Shown here piece after piece: positions 28,301 to 42,621 of a stretch of 64,000 bases of DNA. The stretch's first letter is position 1; each line of letters begins with the position of its first letter. The position numbers and the translations under genes are program-made. The DNA is from the human T2T-CHM13v2.0 reference genome, Homo sapiens: assembly GCF_009914755.1 (NCBI RefSeq), contig NC_060928.1; one strand, given 5' to 3'. Below the pieces are notes generated by a model. That model did not search any database and was not told the DNA's origin. It saw nothing but the letters and a program-made list of their open reading frames with translations.

Positions 28301-31300
28301 CTGGAGACATTTTCTCCATTGTCTTGGTGATTAACATTTGGCTTCTCGTTACTTATGCAAATTTCTGCAGCTAGCTTGAATTTGTCCTCAGAAAATGGGT
28401 TTTTCTTTTCTATTGCAATGTCAGGCTGCAAATTTTCTGAACTTTTATGCTCTGTTTCCCTTTTAAAACTTAATGCCTTTAATAGCATCCAAGTCACCTC
28501 TTGAATGCTTTGCTGCTTTGAAAATTTCTTCCACTAGATACCCTAAATCATCTCTTTCAAGTTCAAAGTTCCACAAATCTCTAGGGCAGGGGCAAAATGC
28601 TGCCAGTCTCTTTGCTAAAATATAATAAGAATCACCTTTGCTCCAGTTCCCAAAAAGTACCTCATCTTCATCTGAGACAACCTCAGGCTGGATTTCATTA
28701 TCCCTATCATTATCAGCATTTTGGTCAAAGCTATTCAACAAATCTCTAGGGAGTTCCAGATTTTCCCACATTTCCCTGTCTTCTTCTAAGTCCTCCAAAC
28801 TGCTCCAAACTCTGCCTGTTACCCAGTTCCAAAGTTGCTTCCACATTTTTGGGTATCTTTTCAGCAGCATCCCACTCCTGATACCAATTTACCATATTAG
28901 TGCATTTTCATGCTGCTGATAAAGACACACCAAAGAGTGGGTAATTTATAAAGGAAAAGAGGTTTAATGGACTCACAGTTCACATGGCTGGGGAGGCCTC
29001 ACAGTCATGGTGGAAGGTACATATCATATGGCAGCAGACAAGAAAGAATGAGAGCCAAGTGAAAAGGAAAATGCCTTATGAAACCATCAGATCTTGTAAG
29101 ACTTATTCACTATTGTGAGAACAGTATGGGTGAAACTGCACCCATGATTCAGTTATCTCCCACTGGGTCCCTCCCACAACACGTGGGAATCACAGGAGCT
29201 ACAATTCAAGATGAGATTTGGGTAAGAACACAGCCAAACCATATCAAGCACCTACTTTTAAAAAAGTAGAAAAACTTCAAATAAACTACTTGATGAATTT
29301 TAAAGAACTAGAAAAGCAAGAGCAACTCAAACCCAAAATTAGTAGAAGAAAAGAAATAAGATCAGAGCAGAAAGAGTTGAAATGAAGAAAACAATACAAA
29401 AGATCAACAAAATAAAAAGTTATTTTTTTGAAAAGATAAACAAAATTGACAAACCTATAGACAGACTAAGAAAAAAAGAGAGAAGATCCAAATAAATAAA
29501 ATCAGAGATGAAAAAGAAGATATTACAACTGATACCACAGAAATTCAAAGGATCACTGGAGGCTACACTGAGCAATTATATGCCAATAAATTGGAAAATC
29601 TAGAAGAAAAATGGATTAATTCCTAGACACATAGAGCCTACCCAGATTGAACCATAAAGAAATTCAAAACCTAAAGAGACCAAAAACAAGTAACAAGATC
29701 AAAGTTGTAATAAAAATTCTCATGGCAAAGAAACACCCAGGACCAGATGGCTTTACTGCTGAATTTTACCAAACATTTAAAGAAGAATTAATACCAATCC
29801 TATTCAAACTACTCCAAAAAATAGAGGAGGAGGATGTACTTCAACCTCGTCCTATGAAGCCAGTGTTACCCTGATACCAAAACCAGACAAAGACACATCA
29901 AAAAAAGGAAACTAGAGGCCAATGTCACTGATGAACATTGATGCAAAAATCCTCAACAAAAAATATTAGCAAACAGAATTCAACAACAGATTAAAAAGAT
30001 TATTCATCATGACCAAGTGGGATTTATCCCAAGGATGCAAGGATGGTTCAACATACTCAAATCAATCAATGTGATTCACCATATCAACAAAATGAAGGAC
30101 AAAATCATATGATCATTTTAACTGATTATGAAAACGCCTTTGATGAAAGTTAACATTCCTCCATGAGGAAAAAAACCTGGATAAACTGGATATAGAAGGA
30201 ACATACCTCAACACAAGAAAAGAAATATATGACAGACCCACAGCTAGTATCATACTAAATGGGGAAAAACTAAAGTCTTTCCTCTAAGATCCGGAACGTG
30301 ACAAGGATGCCCACTTTCACCAGTGTTATTCAACATAGTACTGGAATTCCAGCTAGAGCAGTCAGACAAAAAAAGAAATAAAGAGCATCCAAATTAGAAT
30401 GGAAGAGGTCAAATTATCCTTGTTGGCAAATAATATGATCTTATGCTTGGAAAAACCTAAAGACTTCACTAAAAAACTATTAGAACTGATAAACAAATTC
30501 AGTAAAGCTGCAGGATACAAAATCAGTGTACAAAAATTAGTAGAATTTCTATATGCCAATAGCAAACAGCCTGAAAAAGAAATCAAGAAAGTAATCCCAT
30601 TTACAATAGCTACAAATAAAATAAAACACCTAGAAATTAACAACCAAGGTGAAAGATCTCTACAATAAAAATTATAAAACACTGATGAAATAAATTGAAG
30701 AGGACACACGAAAAAAGGAAAGCTATTTCATGTTCATGGATTGGAAGAATCAATATTGTTAAAATGTCCACACTACCTGAAACAATCTATAGATTCAATG
30801 CAATCTCTATTAAAATACCAATGGCATTATTCACAAGAATAGAAAAAACAACTTTAACATTTACATGAGTACACAAAAGACCAAGAATAGTCAACACTAT
30901 CTTGAACAAAAAGAACAAAAGTAGAGGAATCACATTACTTGACTTCAAATTATACTACAAAACTACAGTAACCAAAACAGCATGGTACTGGTATTAAAAA
31001 ACAGACACATAGACCAGTGGAACAGAACAGGAAACCCAGAAAAATATCTATACAAATGAGTGAACTCACTTTTGACAAAGTTGCCAAGAGTATACATTGG
31101 GAAAAGACAGTCTTTTCAATAAATGGTGCTGGAAAAACTAGATATCCATATGCAGAAGAAAGAAACTAGATCCCTATCTCTCACCATATACAAAAATCAA
31201 ATCAAAATGGATTAAAGACTTAAATCTAAGGCCTCAAACTATGAAAGTACCAAAAGAAAACTTTGGGGAAGCTCTCCAGGACATTGGTCTGGGCAAAGAT

Positions 31301-32560
31301 TTCTTGAGTAATAGTCTACAAGCACAGGCAACTAAAGCAAAAATGGACAAATGCAATCACATCAAGTTTAAAAGCTGCAGCATAGCAAAGAAAACTATCA
31401 GCAAAGTGAAGAAACAACCCACAGAATGGGAGAAGATATTTGCAAACTATCCATCTGACAGGGGATTAATAACTAGAATATATAAGGAGCTCAAACAACT
31501 CTATAGGAAAAAATCTAATCATCTGATTTAAAAATAGGCAAAAGATATGAATAGACATTTCTCAAAAGAAGACATACAAATGGCAAGCAGGTATATAAAA
31601 AGGTGCTCAACATCACTGATCATCAGAGAAATGGAAATCAAAACTGCAATAATATAACATCTCACCCCATTTAAAATGGTTTTTATCCTAAAGACAGGCA
31701 ATAACAAATGCTGACAAGGATGTTAAAAATAAAAAGGAACCCTTGTACACTGTTGATGGGAATGTAAATTAGTACAACCACTAGGAAAAAACAGTTTGGA
31801 GGGTCCTCAAAAAACTAAAAATGGCACTACTACCATATGATCTAGCAATCCCACTCTTAGGTATATACCCAAAAGAAAGGAAATCAGTATGTTGAAGAGA
31901 TATCTGCACTCCCACGTTTACTGCAGCACCATTCACAATAGCCAAGATTTGGAAGCAACTTAAGTTGAATGGATCAACAGATAAATGAATGAAGAAAATG
32001 TGATATATATACACAATGGAGTCAGCCATAAAAAACAAATGAGATACCGTAATTTGTAACAACATAGATGGACTTGGAGGACATTATGTTAAGTGAAATA
32101 AGCCACACACCAGAAGATAAACTTTGCATGTTCCCACTTACTTGTGGAAGCTAAAATTTAAACACTTGAACTCATGGAGATAGAGAGTAGAATGATGACT
32201 ACCAGAGGCTAGGAAGAGCTGTTGGGTGGGGGGACAGAAGGGATGGTTAATAGGTACAAAAATATAGCTATATAGAATGAATAAGATCTCATGTTTGACA
32301 GCACAACAGCATGACTAGTCAACAATATATTATTGTACATTTTAAAATAACTAAAAGATATAATTGGATTGTTTATAACACAAAGAAAGGATAAATGCTT
32401 GGATGATGGCTATCCCATTTACCCTAGCGTGATCATTACATACTGTATGACTGTACCAAAATAGCTCATGTACCCCATAAATACATACACCTATGATGTA
32501 CACACAAAAAACTCATGCAACCCATAAATATACACACCTACTATGTACCCACAAACATTT
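25399..32560 (+). mobile_element. 5'-truncated L1MA (MA2/3-like), ORF1 end through 3'UTR, interrupted by THE1
   Basis: Degenerate ORF2 peptides (KKHPGPDGFTAEFYQTFKEELIPIL; [11 protein letters not shown]); 3'UTR aaaggataaatgcttg...gtaccccataaata. Confidence 0.92.
26936..29246 (-). mobile_element. Full-length THE1 MaLR provirus (LTR-int-LTR)
   Basis: LTRs at 26936-27314 and 28893-29246, ~1.58-kb internal region with broken MaLR ORF (LELPRDLLNSFDQNAD...FCPCPRDLWNFELERDDLGYL), 5-bp TSD agcac. Confidence 0.95.
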
Positions 32561-32746
32561 TTAAATTTAATTAACATTTAATTTAATTACATTTAATTAA
32601 ATTTTAAAAATTTAATAATGTTGCCATGTTTAGACAAAAGAAATTCATAGCAAAATTTGGGGCACAAATTCGGGCCTGTCAATTTTTCTATTTTCTGAAA
32701 GTATATATAGCAGATTTATTAAAAAGTAAAATGTAATCATTTGTAG

Positions 32747-33056
<310 letters not shown>

Positions 33057-33819
33057 TCATTTGTATTTTTAAATATGCAAATTACCTCTCGACAGATTTG
33101 ATAAATTGATCATTACATTCTTCGTAAACCTCTTTTTTCTTTGTTTAGGGAACCTCTAGTCTTTTGGATATCCTCCTCCTTTCAAGTTGCTAGACAATAG
33201 CTCCTTTAATATCTCTCTCCTGTAGTAAATTTTTCAATGTTGAGATTCCACTCATAGCTTACATTATCCTGAATATGTTATTAACATGTTTATTTTGCAG
33301 GAAAGCATTTGTTTACTCTTTACAGTCTTCCCTCTCCTTTCAACCTTCACCATTCTTTGGCAGGTAGCTTCTGAACTGGATCTTTGTTTTGATGAGATAG
33401 TGAGTGGTGCTCTATTGATGACAGGAAATAAGGGAAAGCTAAACTTACAGAAATAAAGATTTATTGTGGAAGATGGGGGTGAGGCAGTGGTAAGGGTGAA
33501 GTTAAGGATTGTAGAAAAAGAGGGTAAGAGATGAAGCAACTGCTGTTGAGAAAGAGCCCTTGGGAAAGAGCTAAAATATTTCAAGGGAACTAAATGAGAA
33601 GCTTTGCTATGCCATGAACATCCTTTCTTGTCTCACAAAACCTTGCTAAGAAATGCATATTATTCATCAATATTTCTGAAACTGAATTTGTGTGGGGGTA
33701 CTTTTTATTTTTTGTCTGTTTGGTTTGGTGTGCAAAGGTATGTTGAAACTGCTCTCAGTTGGAGAAAATTAGGAACAAAAGTGGCTTAAGTTCTGTGTCC
33801 TGTTCAGTGCTGCTGTCTC

Positions 33820-34660
33820 AGCTATCCATTGACTATCCAACTGCATTCCTCCCAGCCCCACTTCAGGCAACTCAGGACCCAACCTGGCCTAAAGTAAACT
33901 CAAAAACCTGTTTCTTTTCTGCCATTTCCCATTCAGTAAATGACAGTACCATTCATCAAAGTTGTTTCTACCATAAATCCTGAAGGACAGCTCTTCTCTC
34001 TTATCCTCTACTTTACAGCAATCGCCATGTTCTACCTCCCTGATCCTTCTCAAATCCATCCCCTTCTCTCCTGACCCAAGTACCTTCATCTCTCTCTCTG
34101 GAAGTATTGCTAAAACTTCCTAGCTGATCTCTTGCTTCCAGTCTTTTTCCTTTCAAAAATCAGAGTAATCTTTAAAATGGATCATATCATTAGAGTAGGG
34201 CTTCCCACTCTCTTAGAATAAAATTCAAACTCCTCATATTTACTAACAACACTTTTCGTGATATGGCCTCTATTCACTTTTTCATCCAACGTCACATATC
34301 CTCCTTTCTTTTCGCATTATGTTCAAAGCACACGATTACTCCTTCATTACTCTGAAGAGCTAAGTAACTTCTTGCCACTAAATAAGTTGTTTCCTTGGCT
34401 TGAAAGCCCCATCCCCACTCAATCCCCGATCTTCGTCTAACCCACTCCTTTCTTCTACTCACACTTCCTGTCTCTTTGAATGTCACTTCTTCAGAGAAGC
34501 TTCCCTAGCCCTGCACCTCCCCTAACTCCCCTGTCCCTCCCAGACTGATCAGGTCTGCGTTATATACTCATTTTGTTCATAGCACTTATTTCATCTATAA
34601 TTAAATAACCTTTGCTATAATTACTGATGTCTGCTTCTACTGCAGACTCTCAATTATATG
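33820..34660 (+). mobile_element. L2 fragment
   Basis: ccattcagtaaatgacagtaccattcatc...cttagaataaaattcaaactcctc...aatgtcacttcttcagagaagcttccct. Confidence 0.75.
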
Positions 34661-35779
34661 ATTTGTGATGTTGTTGGTGGTGGTATTATGTTGGTGAACT
34701 GCTAATTATTTAATGTTGTGTAGACAGACATTCCTGGGACTACTATTTCTGTGATAGATTCTTTTAAGGCTAAGACATTAAAAATTAAAAGTTCTATAGA
34801 TAAATCATATTTATATTTGTTATTTATCTTTCTCTCATTACTTTAAAGGAAAGAGAACACCTAAAATGTCCAATAAGTATAGGAAATTAAGATTGAGATG
34901 AGGATAAGACTAAAATAAAAATTCTGGGAATTTCAGCAGAATGGCATTCTTTCTTCAAAAATCATATCAATCACAGGCAAGGACAGAATCTCACACCTAC
35001 AAGTGCAATTTTTGCACATCTAGAAATAAAGAACCAGTGTCCATTTCAATTCAAATATTACCCTTATTGCTTAGGGAGCTCACAAAAGTAGTTCATTAGT
35101 GCTACCTTGGGTGACAGGTTTTTGGTTCTGTCATTATATCTTCTAATAAATGAACTGATGATATGAATCAAATTCACTAAAATCTCTGTTCATCCTGAGT
35201 ACATTGTAAAAAATCAAAGTCAAGATTATGTGCTCCATGGTATTTCAGATGTAATAAAGCCTAAAGCTCTAACTGCAAAATGAGAATTGTGTGCAGTGAG
35301 CTATCTTATTTAACGCAAAATGTTTTGGGGGCTAATAGCCCATGGCATACTGCTCATCAAAATGGACCAAGAGAAAAGACATGTGTTAAATCAGGGCTGA
35401 CTCTATTGGCACTCACAACTATTTCCAACTCTAAGAGAATCAGTATAAGCACATCTACCCCCAGGTATCTTAGAGGTCCTTCCCTGGGAAGCCACTTTGG
35501 TCCATTTCTCCATTTAACATATACTACTTATAATTTTTTATTTCCTCATTTGATAGGAATTTGATGTGTGTTTAATATATGTTCATGGTATATACTGCTT
35601 TAGATTCTATGGAAAATTATAACATGAAATACAGACTCATGGATTTTAAAATAGGAAAGTGATATTTGTAACTTTGACATACACATGTAAACAAAACTAG
35701 TGGACAGCTATTTTTAAAAGTGGATATTCTTTTGACATAAATCACATGGTGGGTTTTAAGTTAATTTCAAAATAAAAGA

Positions 35780-36420
35780 AAGGTCATTGTGGGATAAGTT
35801 AAGTCTAAGAAATATTCTTGGAGGGACACAAAAGAGTGTAAGATTTTACCTATACTTTTACCTATAGCTTGAGTGTTTGGTTATGGGGAGTCAAAGAGAA
35901 CAAACTGGCTGATGTTTGGAAGCAGTAAGAGAAAATATTGATAAGGTGGGGCCACATTAAGAAAGATTTTAAATACTGGATTGAGAAAATCTGAACTCAT
36001 TAAAAGGGCGAAGTGTTATATTCTTAATGAGAGTGACATAAAAGTATACAAAAGGAAATTACAGATTAGGGACTATATATGCAAATATTAGAAAGACACG
36101 TTAAGAAGTTGTGGTAATACAGGTCTAAATTGATGAGGGCCTTGATTGGACAGATGAGAACAAATAACATAATAATTAAGAGTGACACTGAGAAATAAGA
36201 ACCTGTAGGCTTAGGTGATTGGTGAGTTATGAGAGATTTTAGGAGAAATAATTATGAAAAAGATGAACGTTTTGATATTTGGAATTAGGAAGAGTGGTAT
36301 TTTAATCAATGAACTTGGAAAATTAGGAGGCGGGCATCTATTTGAGAACTACTTGAGTTTTGTATTTCAGATTTTGCAGTAAAGACAGATTCTAATGGAA
36401 CTGCCAAAATGTTAGAGTTG
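35780..36420 (-). mobile_element. L2 fragment (highly diverged)
   Basis: Purine-rich reverse L2 body (gttaagaagttgtggtaatacagg...gatgagggccttga). Confidence 0.5.
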
Positions 36421-36479
36421 AGAGATTCATAGGACCTATGGGTTCAAGTCCTCAGCAGGATTCAGGAATCCTTTCTATA

Positions 36480-36750
36480 ATATTCCTCACAGAAGTATGA
36501 AACTTTCTGTATTTAGGAACATTACTAGGAACCCCTTCCTTAAGTTGAATTAAAATGCACTCTCCCATAACTTACACCTAAATTTTTCATTTCTACTTTC
36601 TGGCTCAAAACTGAACAAGACTATGTCCTCTTCCATGTTATAATTTCCAACTATATTATAGTCATTGTGTTCCCCCTTTAGTTCCAGCTTTTCAAGAATC
36701 CCCTAGTTCCTTCAGATGCAGCTCATTAACATAACTTAGAAACTCTTTAT
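36480..36750 (-). mobile_element. CR1/L3 fragment
   Basis: ccttccttaagttgaattaaaat...aacaagactatgtcctcttccatg...tcccctagttccttca. Confidence 0.55.
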
Positions 36751-37769
36751 TAACAGAGATGAATAAGGCATCACAAATATCTCCCAACTATGAGAACCAC
36801 TGATGCTATTTTAATCTTATAGTTGAATTTTATAATAGTCTCTTACAAAAAAAAGGGCAGGCAACTTTCTTTTCCCTAAAAGTAAAAACTATAAAAACTA
36901 CATTCAAAATTAAAACATCTTAAGTCTAATAAAAGCCCAAGATCAGCAAGTCTGAGAAACCTGTGATTGGACTTGTAACTTGAATGAACAAATAAATTAA
37001 AAAGAATCAAATTCAATTTTCCAAAGGATTGTGATTTTCTGCCTTTTTCATGCAACAAATTTGGCAGGCCATAAAGATTTTTGAAAAATTATTGTTTTTA
37101 TTATCTGATCTTTCTAACAATGCATTTGCTTCTAAACTTTGAAGTGCATTCATGAAATAGAAAAATCCATTTGAGTATCTATTACCACGGAATGGAGACT
37201 TGATTTGATGAAACCTCCATACAACTAACAAATGTTTGCCTCCCCAAATGACTTTTCCGCTGGCATTATGCTTCAGAAAATAGATTATTATTATTTATGA
37301 TCATAATAATGCATATTTACATAATAAGTTTCTCAGAGGAGTTAAAACCCATTTTTGCTTATTCTACAGCACTTTTCATTTGTAAAAGTCAGAAAACAGC
37401 AGCTTTGTTGTTGCAAGTGAAAAACTGTGTTAGGAAGGCACAGGCCCCTCAAAGCCAAAGTCAGTACTCAATGTGCCAGCAGTCAGAGGATACCTGTGAT
37501 TCAACACTCCTGTGATGTTTAATTTTTCCATTCAGTATCAGCAATTCTTATAAAACACAAAATTTTAAAAACTTTAAAAACATATATCAAGAACTATAAA
37601 CATTTACTGTATGATCAATGTTATATGACATGGAAGAAGCGGCCCAGCCCCAAATCTAATTGAGAAGACAGGATTTCAAAATAAAAAATAATTTGAGACA
37701 CTTGTGAAAGAGAATATAATGACCCGTTAAGGGAAAGTAGTAGCTAAATTACAGGGTAAGAAGTAAAAA

Positions 37770-37890
37770 GAGCTCTGTTTTATTCCCTACTCCAAAAACA
37801 ACGTGAAGCTAGTTATTTATCCCACCTGTAAAACACAATAAAACTGCACACTACAATCTTACCCCAGAAGGATAGGTGAGGATTAAATGT
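37770..37890 (+). mobile_element. MIR fragment
   Basis: cacctgtaaaacacaataaaact...ggtgaggattaaatg. Confidence 0.45.
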
Positions 37891-39294
37891 GGGTGTCTGG
37901 AGTTTCACAAATGGTGTTGTGATCTACGAATTGCAGTACCTTCACTTTGCTTTTATAACACATTCATGGTCCTTACACACAAGAGTCTACCTTCACCTGT
38001 CTAGATATTACATCAACATGCCTCCAACATCCATCTTTACAATCTCCTGAGGATGAGCTGAAGACCAAGCTAAAAATACGATTCAGTGATTGCATATTAA
38101 ATCATACAAGGTTGAGACATACCAGGTCTCAATTTACTTTTGTAATACAAAATTAACCTTGTAGGTGCAAAATCACAGTATTATTTTATAATTATAGATA
38201 TATCCTCTATATTTATTAGACATTACAAAATACCTGACCTTCCCAATGTAGGTTAGCTAATTATTTTGTATCTAGCAAGAGCAGATTCATTAAACCTGCA
38301 TCTCAGTATAAGTGTGACTAACACTTTTTCATCTTACCAGTTTCTATTACCATTGTTTGTGACACATTAATTAGATTTCATATTCAAGTATTAAAATTAA
38401 AAAATTTTGCTGAGTGCACCCCAGTGACAGTTAGTTGTTTATAGTATCAAACTGTTCGTGAAAAATGGTCATAGATAACATTATATTTATTTATCTCTAT
38501 ATTTTTAATTCTCTCTACTATAAGCCACTTTGGGGAAGGAAAATTAATTTTTTAAAATTCATGTTTGTACCAATAGCTCCTAGAAAGACATTCTGCACAT
38601 GGTACACAAATAATACCTATTCATGGCAAGCTTGAAAAATAGTTGGACTGAAATGAAAGACATGCCTTTTTCAGTGCATTGTGTTGTTATATGAATAGAA
38701 TGTTGTCCATTCATTTTGCTCAGTTTTAACCATTTTATCATATTCTCATTTATATGGGCTTTAAACAACTGCAAATCTAAAGCCCAAGATATCATCTAAT
38801 GAAGCTGTATTTACTTGTCTTTTCTTTTAATGGTCATTTCCTAAAATGCATATTTTAATAATATAAAATAAAATGCCATAGTGCAGGCATATAATATATA
38901 ATATTGAGAAATTCACTCTTCTCAAAATGAGTAGAATCAAGGTATGGACTCATTTGAATTACTGCAGATTGCAAAAGATATAGAAATCAACCTTTCTTAT
39001 TTTTTAATTTCAAATATTCATTTTGAGAAGAAACACATCAATATTCAAATGTGCATAAAAACCTTCAAGTAAATAAAAATTGAAACTTGAAAGTTATTTT
39101 GTAAGTATAAAATCAAGAAAATTTTTGATATATATATTCCCTCAACCATCATATTTTCTTTCTTAGAATTTTCTCATCCTGCAACTTTATGTTTCTCTTT
39201 CTTTTCTGTAAAAAATGCAAGAAGAATTTACTTGCTACTTACTTCCTCTGAATGGAAACATAGGCAGCCTGTATTTTTAATATAAATGTTTGAG

Positions 39295-39465
39295 TTTTAA
39301 AATAACTAAGAAAAAATTTCAAATGTCTCCCCATAAAAACGATGGGTGAATGAAATGATGGGTATTTTAATTATCTTGATTTAATCAACCATATTGTATA
39401 CATATATCAAAAATCACATTGTACCCCATAAATATATACAATTATTTGTCACTTAAAAATAATGG
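39295..39465 (+). mobile_element. L1MA 3'-terminal fragment
   Basis: cttgatttaatc...tgtatacatatatcaaaaatcacattgtaccccataaatatatacaatta. Confidence 0.8.
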
Positions 39466-40165
39466 TAATAATAAGAATTCTAATATATATTATAGAAACC
39501 CTTTATATAAAATAGGAAAAATGAAGGTGCAAAGACAAAGCTTTGGAATTAGGTGAGATGTTCTCTTTTCACCATAAATGTTCTATATCCGTTTGTAACA
39601 TTGGTGCACTATCAATTTGACTTTACTCAAGTGAGCTACAATGTTAATTATTTTCATATAATTTATTTAGTTTTCACTAAGAGTAGAAAACTATTAGGTA
39701 CTGGTAGAAATGCAAATGAAATAAAGACCCTGGATCTTAAAAAGCTTAATGTAAATTTGTAGGGACAAAACATAGACCCCAGAAATGAGGAAGAATAATT
39801 ATAAATAAGAAGTCAATAGGTGCAAATCATATTCTAATTCTACCTATCAAATACGTGAGTCCTTTAAAAAAACCAAACATACAAAAAACGATGGCTAACA
39901 ATAGAGGTGGTTTCACAGGTTAGCAAGGACTAGGCCTACAAGAAGGCTGCACAAGTTTCAGCAGATGAGGTTCAGCTTTATTTCACATTCATTTGAAGCA
40001 GTCTCACTGGCTACAGTGTTCATATTGAAACAGTGGATTAATAAAGACAGAAAGATGACCAATGACTAAGTTATAAAAGTTGTCCCATGATACATCAGCT
40101 TTGATCCTGGAGCACTTCTATATTCAATCCTCTCTTGCTTTCCTCTCTGTTTTACATCAATTCAC

Positions 40166-40600
40166 TTTATTTCTAAGTAAATACAAAGTAAAATTATATT
40201 AAATGTCAATTAGTAAATAAATATTAACCCTCACTGGAAGTTCAGAAATCAGTACAATTTATTTTGCATCTTCTTTTTATGCTGCTAGATAAAAACACTG
40301 CTTTTTTTATTATTATTCAATTACAGTGAATATCAGAGTGGGTTTGCTCACTAATACTGTGATCAGAGAATTTAAGGAAACTGTAAAAAAAAAAAAACAA
40401 GCAACAGATTTGTTTTCCTTATGGAGGTTAAATTACATGTGGAGAAATAGTGGTATTCTTCTTTTTCTACTCTCCAACTCTGAAGTTCAGTTTCAACTTA
40501 ACTTATTGATTCTGTTGTATAGCATTTCAAAACTTAATGAAGCACGTCTCAGGTTTTGAACCTGGAAAACAACAATATCCAAAACCGCAACTTGAAACCA
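40166..40600 (-). other. Candidate terminal exon / 3'UTR of an unidentified minus-strand gene
   Basis: Minus strand: branch-like gctaat, tract gctctcttttggatctccttatttttgtatttaccag acceptor (exon start 40600), second in-frame acceptor ttgttttccag (40561), three AATAAA at 40311-40306, 40263-40258, 40171-40166. Confidence 0.45.
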
Positions 40601-40889
40601 CTGGTAAATACAAAAATAAGGAGATCCAAAAGAGAGCAAGCATTAGCAAAAGCGCCAAGCAGACAAAATCTAGCAATTCCTGCAATATCTAAAATACAAT
40701 AGTGCATTCATTCCTTCTAAAAAAAAAAATACTTAAAGTGAAAGCTCTCTGTATTTCAATTATAAAATTATGCTGTTTTTCCCAATGGTGTGTATTTGGG
40801 TCTGTTGAACCAATATAGCCAGGAACAAAGAAAACTTTCAGCCATATTTGCCTCTAATCAACTTTATCAAGAAGTCAGTATAGGCCAAG

Positions 40890-41092
40890 GTGCTGGTTCC
40901 CAACTCTTACCTGCAGCCAAGCTTCAGAATCACATGGAGAGCTGCTTAATTGGACTTCTGAATCTGCCCACCTTAGGGGTTTTAGGTTAGGCTTAGGGAT
41001 AGGGGACTGGCTTTCCAGATTTTGTTTTCCAACAAGTTCCCAGGTGGCTGGTACTGCTGATACTGTAATCACCCTTTATGAACACTGGGCTA
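40890..41092. mobile_element. MER5A hAT-Charlie MITE
   Basis: ggttcccaact...cagaatcacatggagagct...aacaagttcccaggtg...gaacactg. Confidence 0.7.
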
Positions 41093-41265
41093 AAAGAATT
41101 CGGACAAAGGAGATTGTCAATAACTGAAATATGTCAACATTTGGGTTCCTCGGAATCTAGCTGAACTGAGAATTTCAATCAAGGAATTTAACTGCTGATG
41201 AACGTACCATGTAGAGGCAGCAAATATTTTTAAATTGTTCTAGAAATTACCTAATAAATACTTAC

Positions 41266-41297
41266 CACATGTAATGTCTAAAATTTATCTCATGTAC
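41266..41297 (-). other. Candidate small exon (32 nt, or 12 nt from an acceptor at 41277)
   Basis: ttcttag|GTACATGAGATAAATTTTAGACATTACATGTG|gtaagt, near-consensus donor. Confidence 0.35.
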
Positions 41298-41513
41298 CTA
41301 AGAATCGATTTTATTTTGACGACAAAGAATGACAGGTCCAGGAGCAATGCTGGAAAATTGATTTGTCTTACATCCCCACCCCCTCCACTCCTGTTATCAC
41401 TGTGTGCCTCTTCAACAAATGTGTGCATACGTATACACACAAAACATACCCTTTGCCAGCCCACCGGGAAAACCGCACAGCAGGGACAAGTACACAAACG
41501 GAAGCCCACATAC

Positions 41514-41547
41514 CACATGTCTAAATAGTTGAAAGGTATAAATCCAG
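41514..41547 (-). other. Candidate 34-nt exon (or 7 nt from an acceptor at 41520)
   Basis: gtttttag|CTGGATTTATACCTTTCAACTATTTAGACATGTG|gtatgt; open as GFIPFNYLDM. Confidence 0.35.
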
Positions 41548-41585
41548 CTAAAAACTACTAAATAAAATATGCTGTATCCACTTAC

Positions 41586-41660
41586 CTTGATAAATACAGT
41601 TTCATAACAACTTGACAGGGCGGGTTCTAATTCAGAATATGCAGACTCAGTGCTTTGTGC
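41586..41660 (-). other. Candidate 75-nt exon
   Basis: atttag|GCACAAAGC...TTTATCAAG|gtaagt; open in phase 0 as AQSTESAYSELEPALSSCYETVFIK; acceptor weak. Confidence 0.25.
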
Positions 41661-41719
41661 CTAAATATTGAGGCTCTAGGAAAACCAGTTCCCCGCTTTC
41701 AAGACATTCACCTTCTTTT

Positions 41720-42430
<711 letters not shown>

Positions 42431-42621
42431 ATCAAAACCGTAAATACTTAATTCATCCTAAATTGCAAGCAATTGTTAACAGAATAAAGTGTTTTTCCTC
42501 CTAATGACATTTTTACTTGTACTGAAGCTTCCATTACAAACACTCTGATGGCTGAGTTTGAGGTCTTGGTATAATGAGAGGGCAGGAGAAGTGAGTCAAC
42601 GGGAAACAGGCATTGCTTCTT

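Noticed and set aside
27494-28919. Several 100-137 aa ORFs
   Set aside because: All are fragments or alternate frames of the THE1 internal region.
40900-40915. Strong minus-strand donor CAG|gtaaga
   Set aside because: Lies within MER5A with no convincing upstream acceptor.
40972-41005. Telomere-like TTAGG runs
   Set aside because: Only about four degenerate units inside a MER5A; not an interstitial telomere array.
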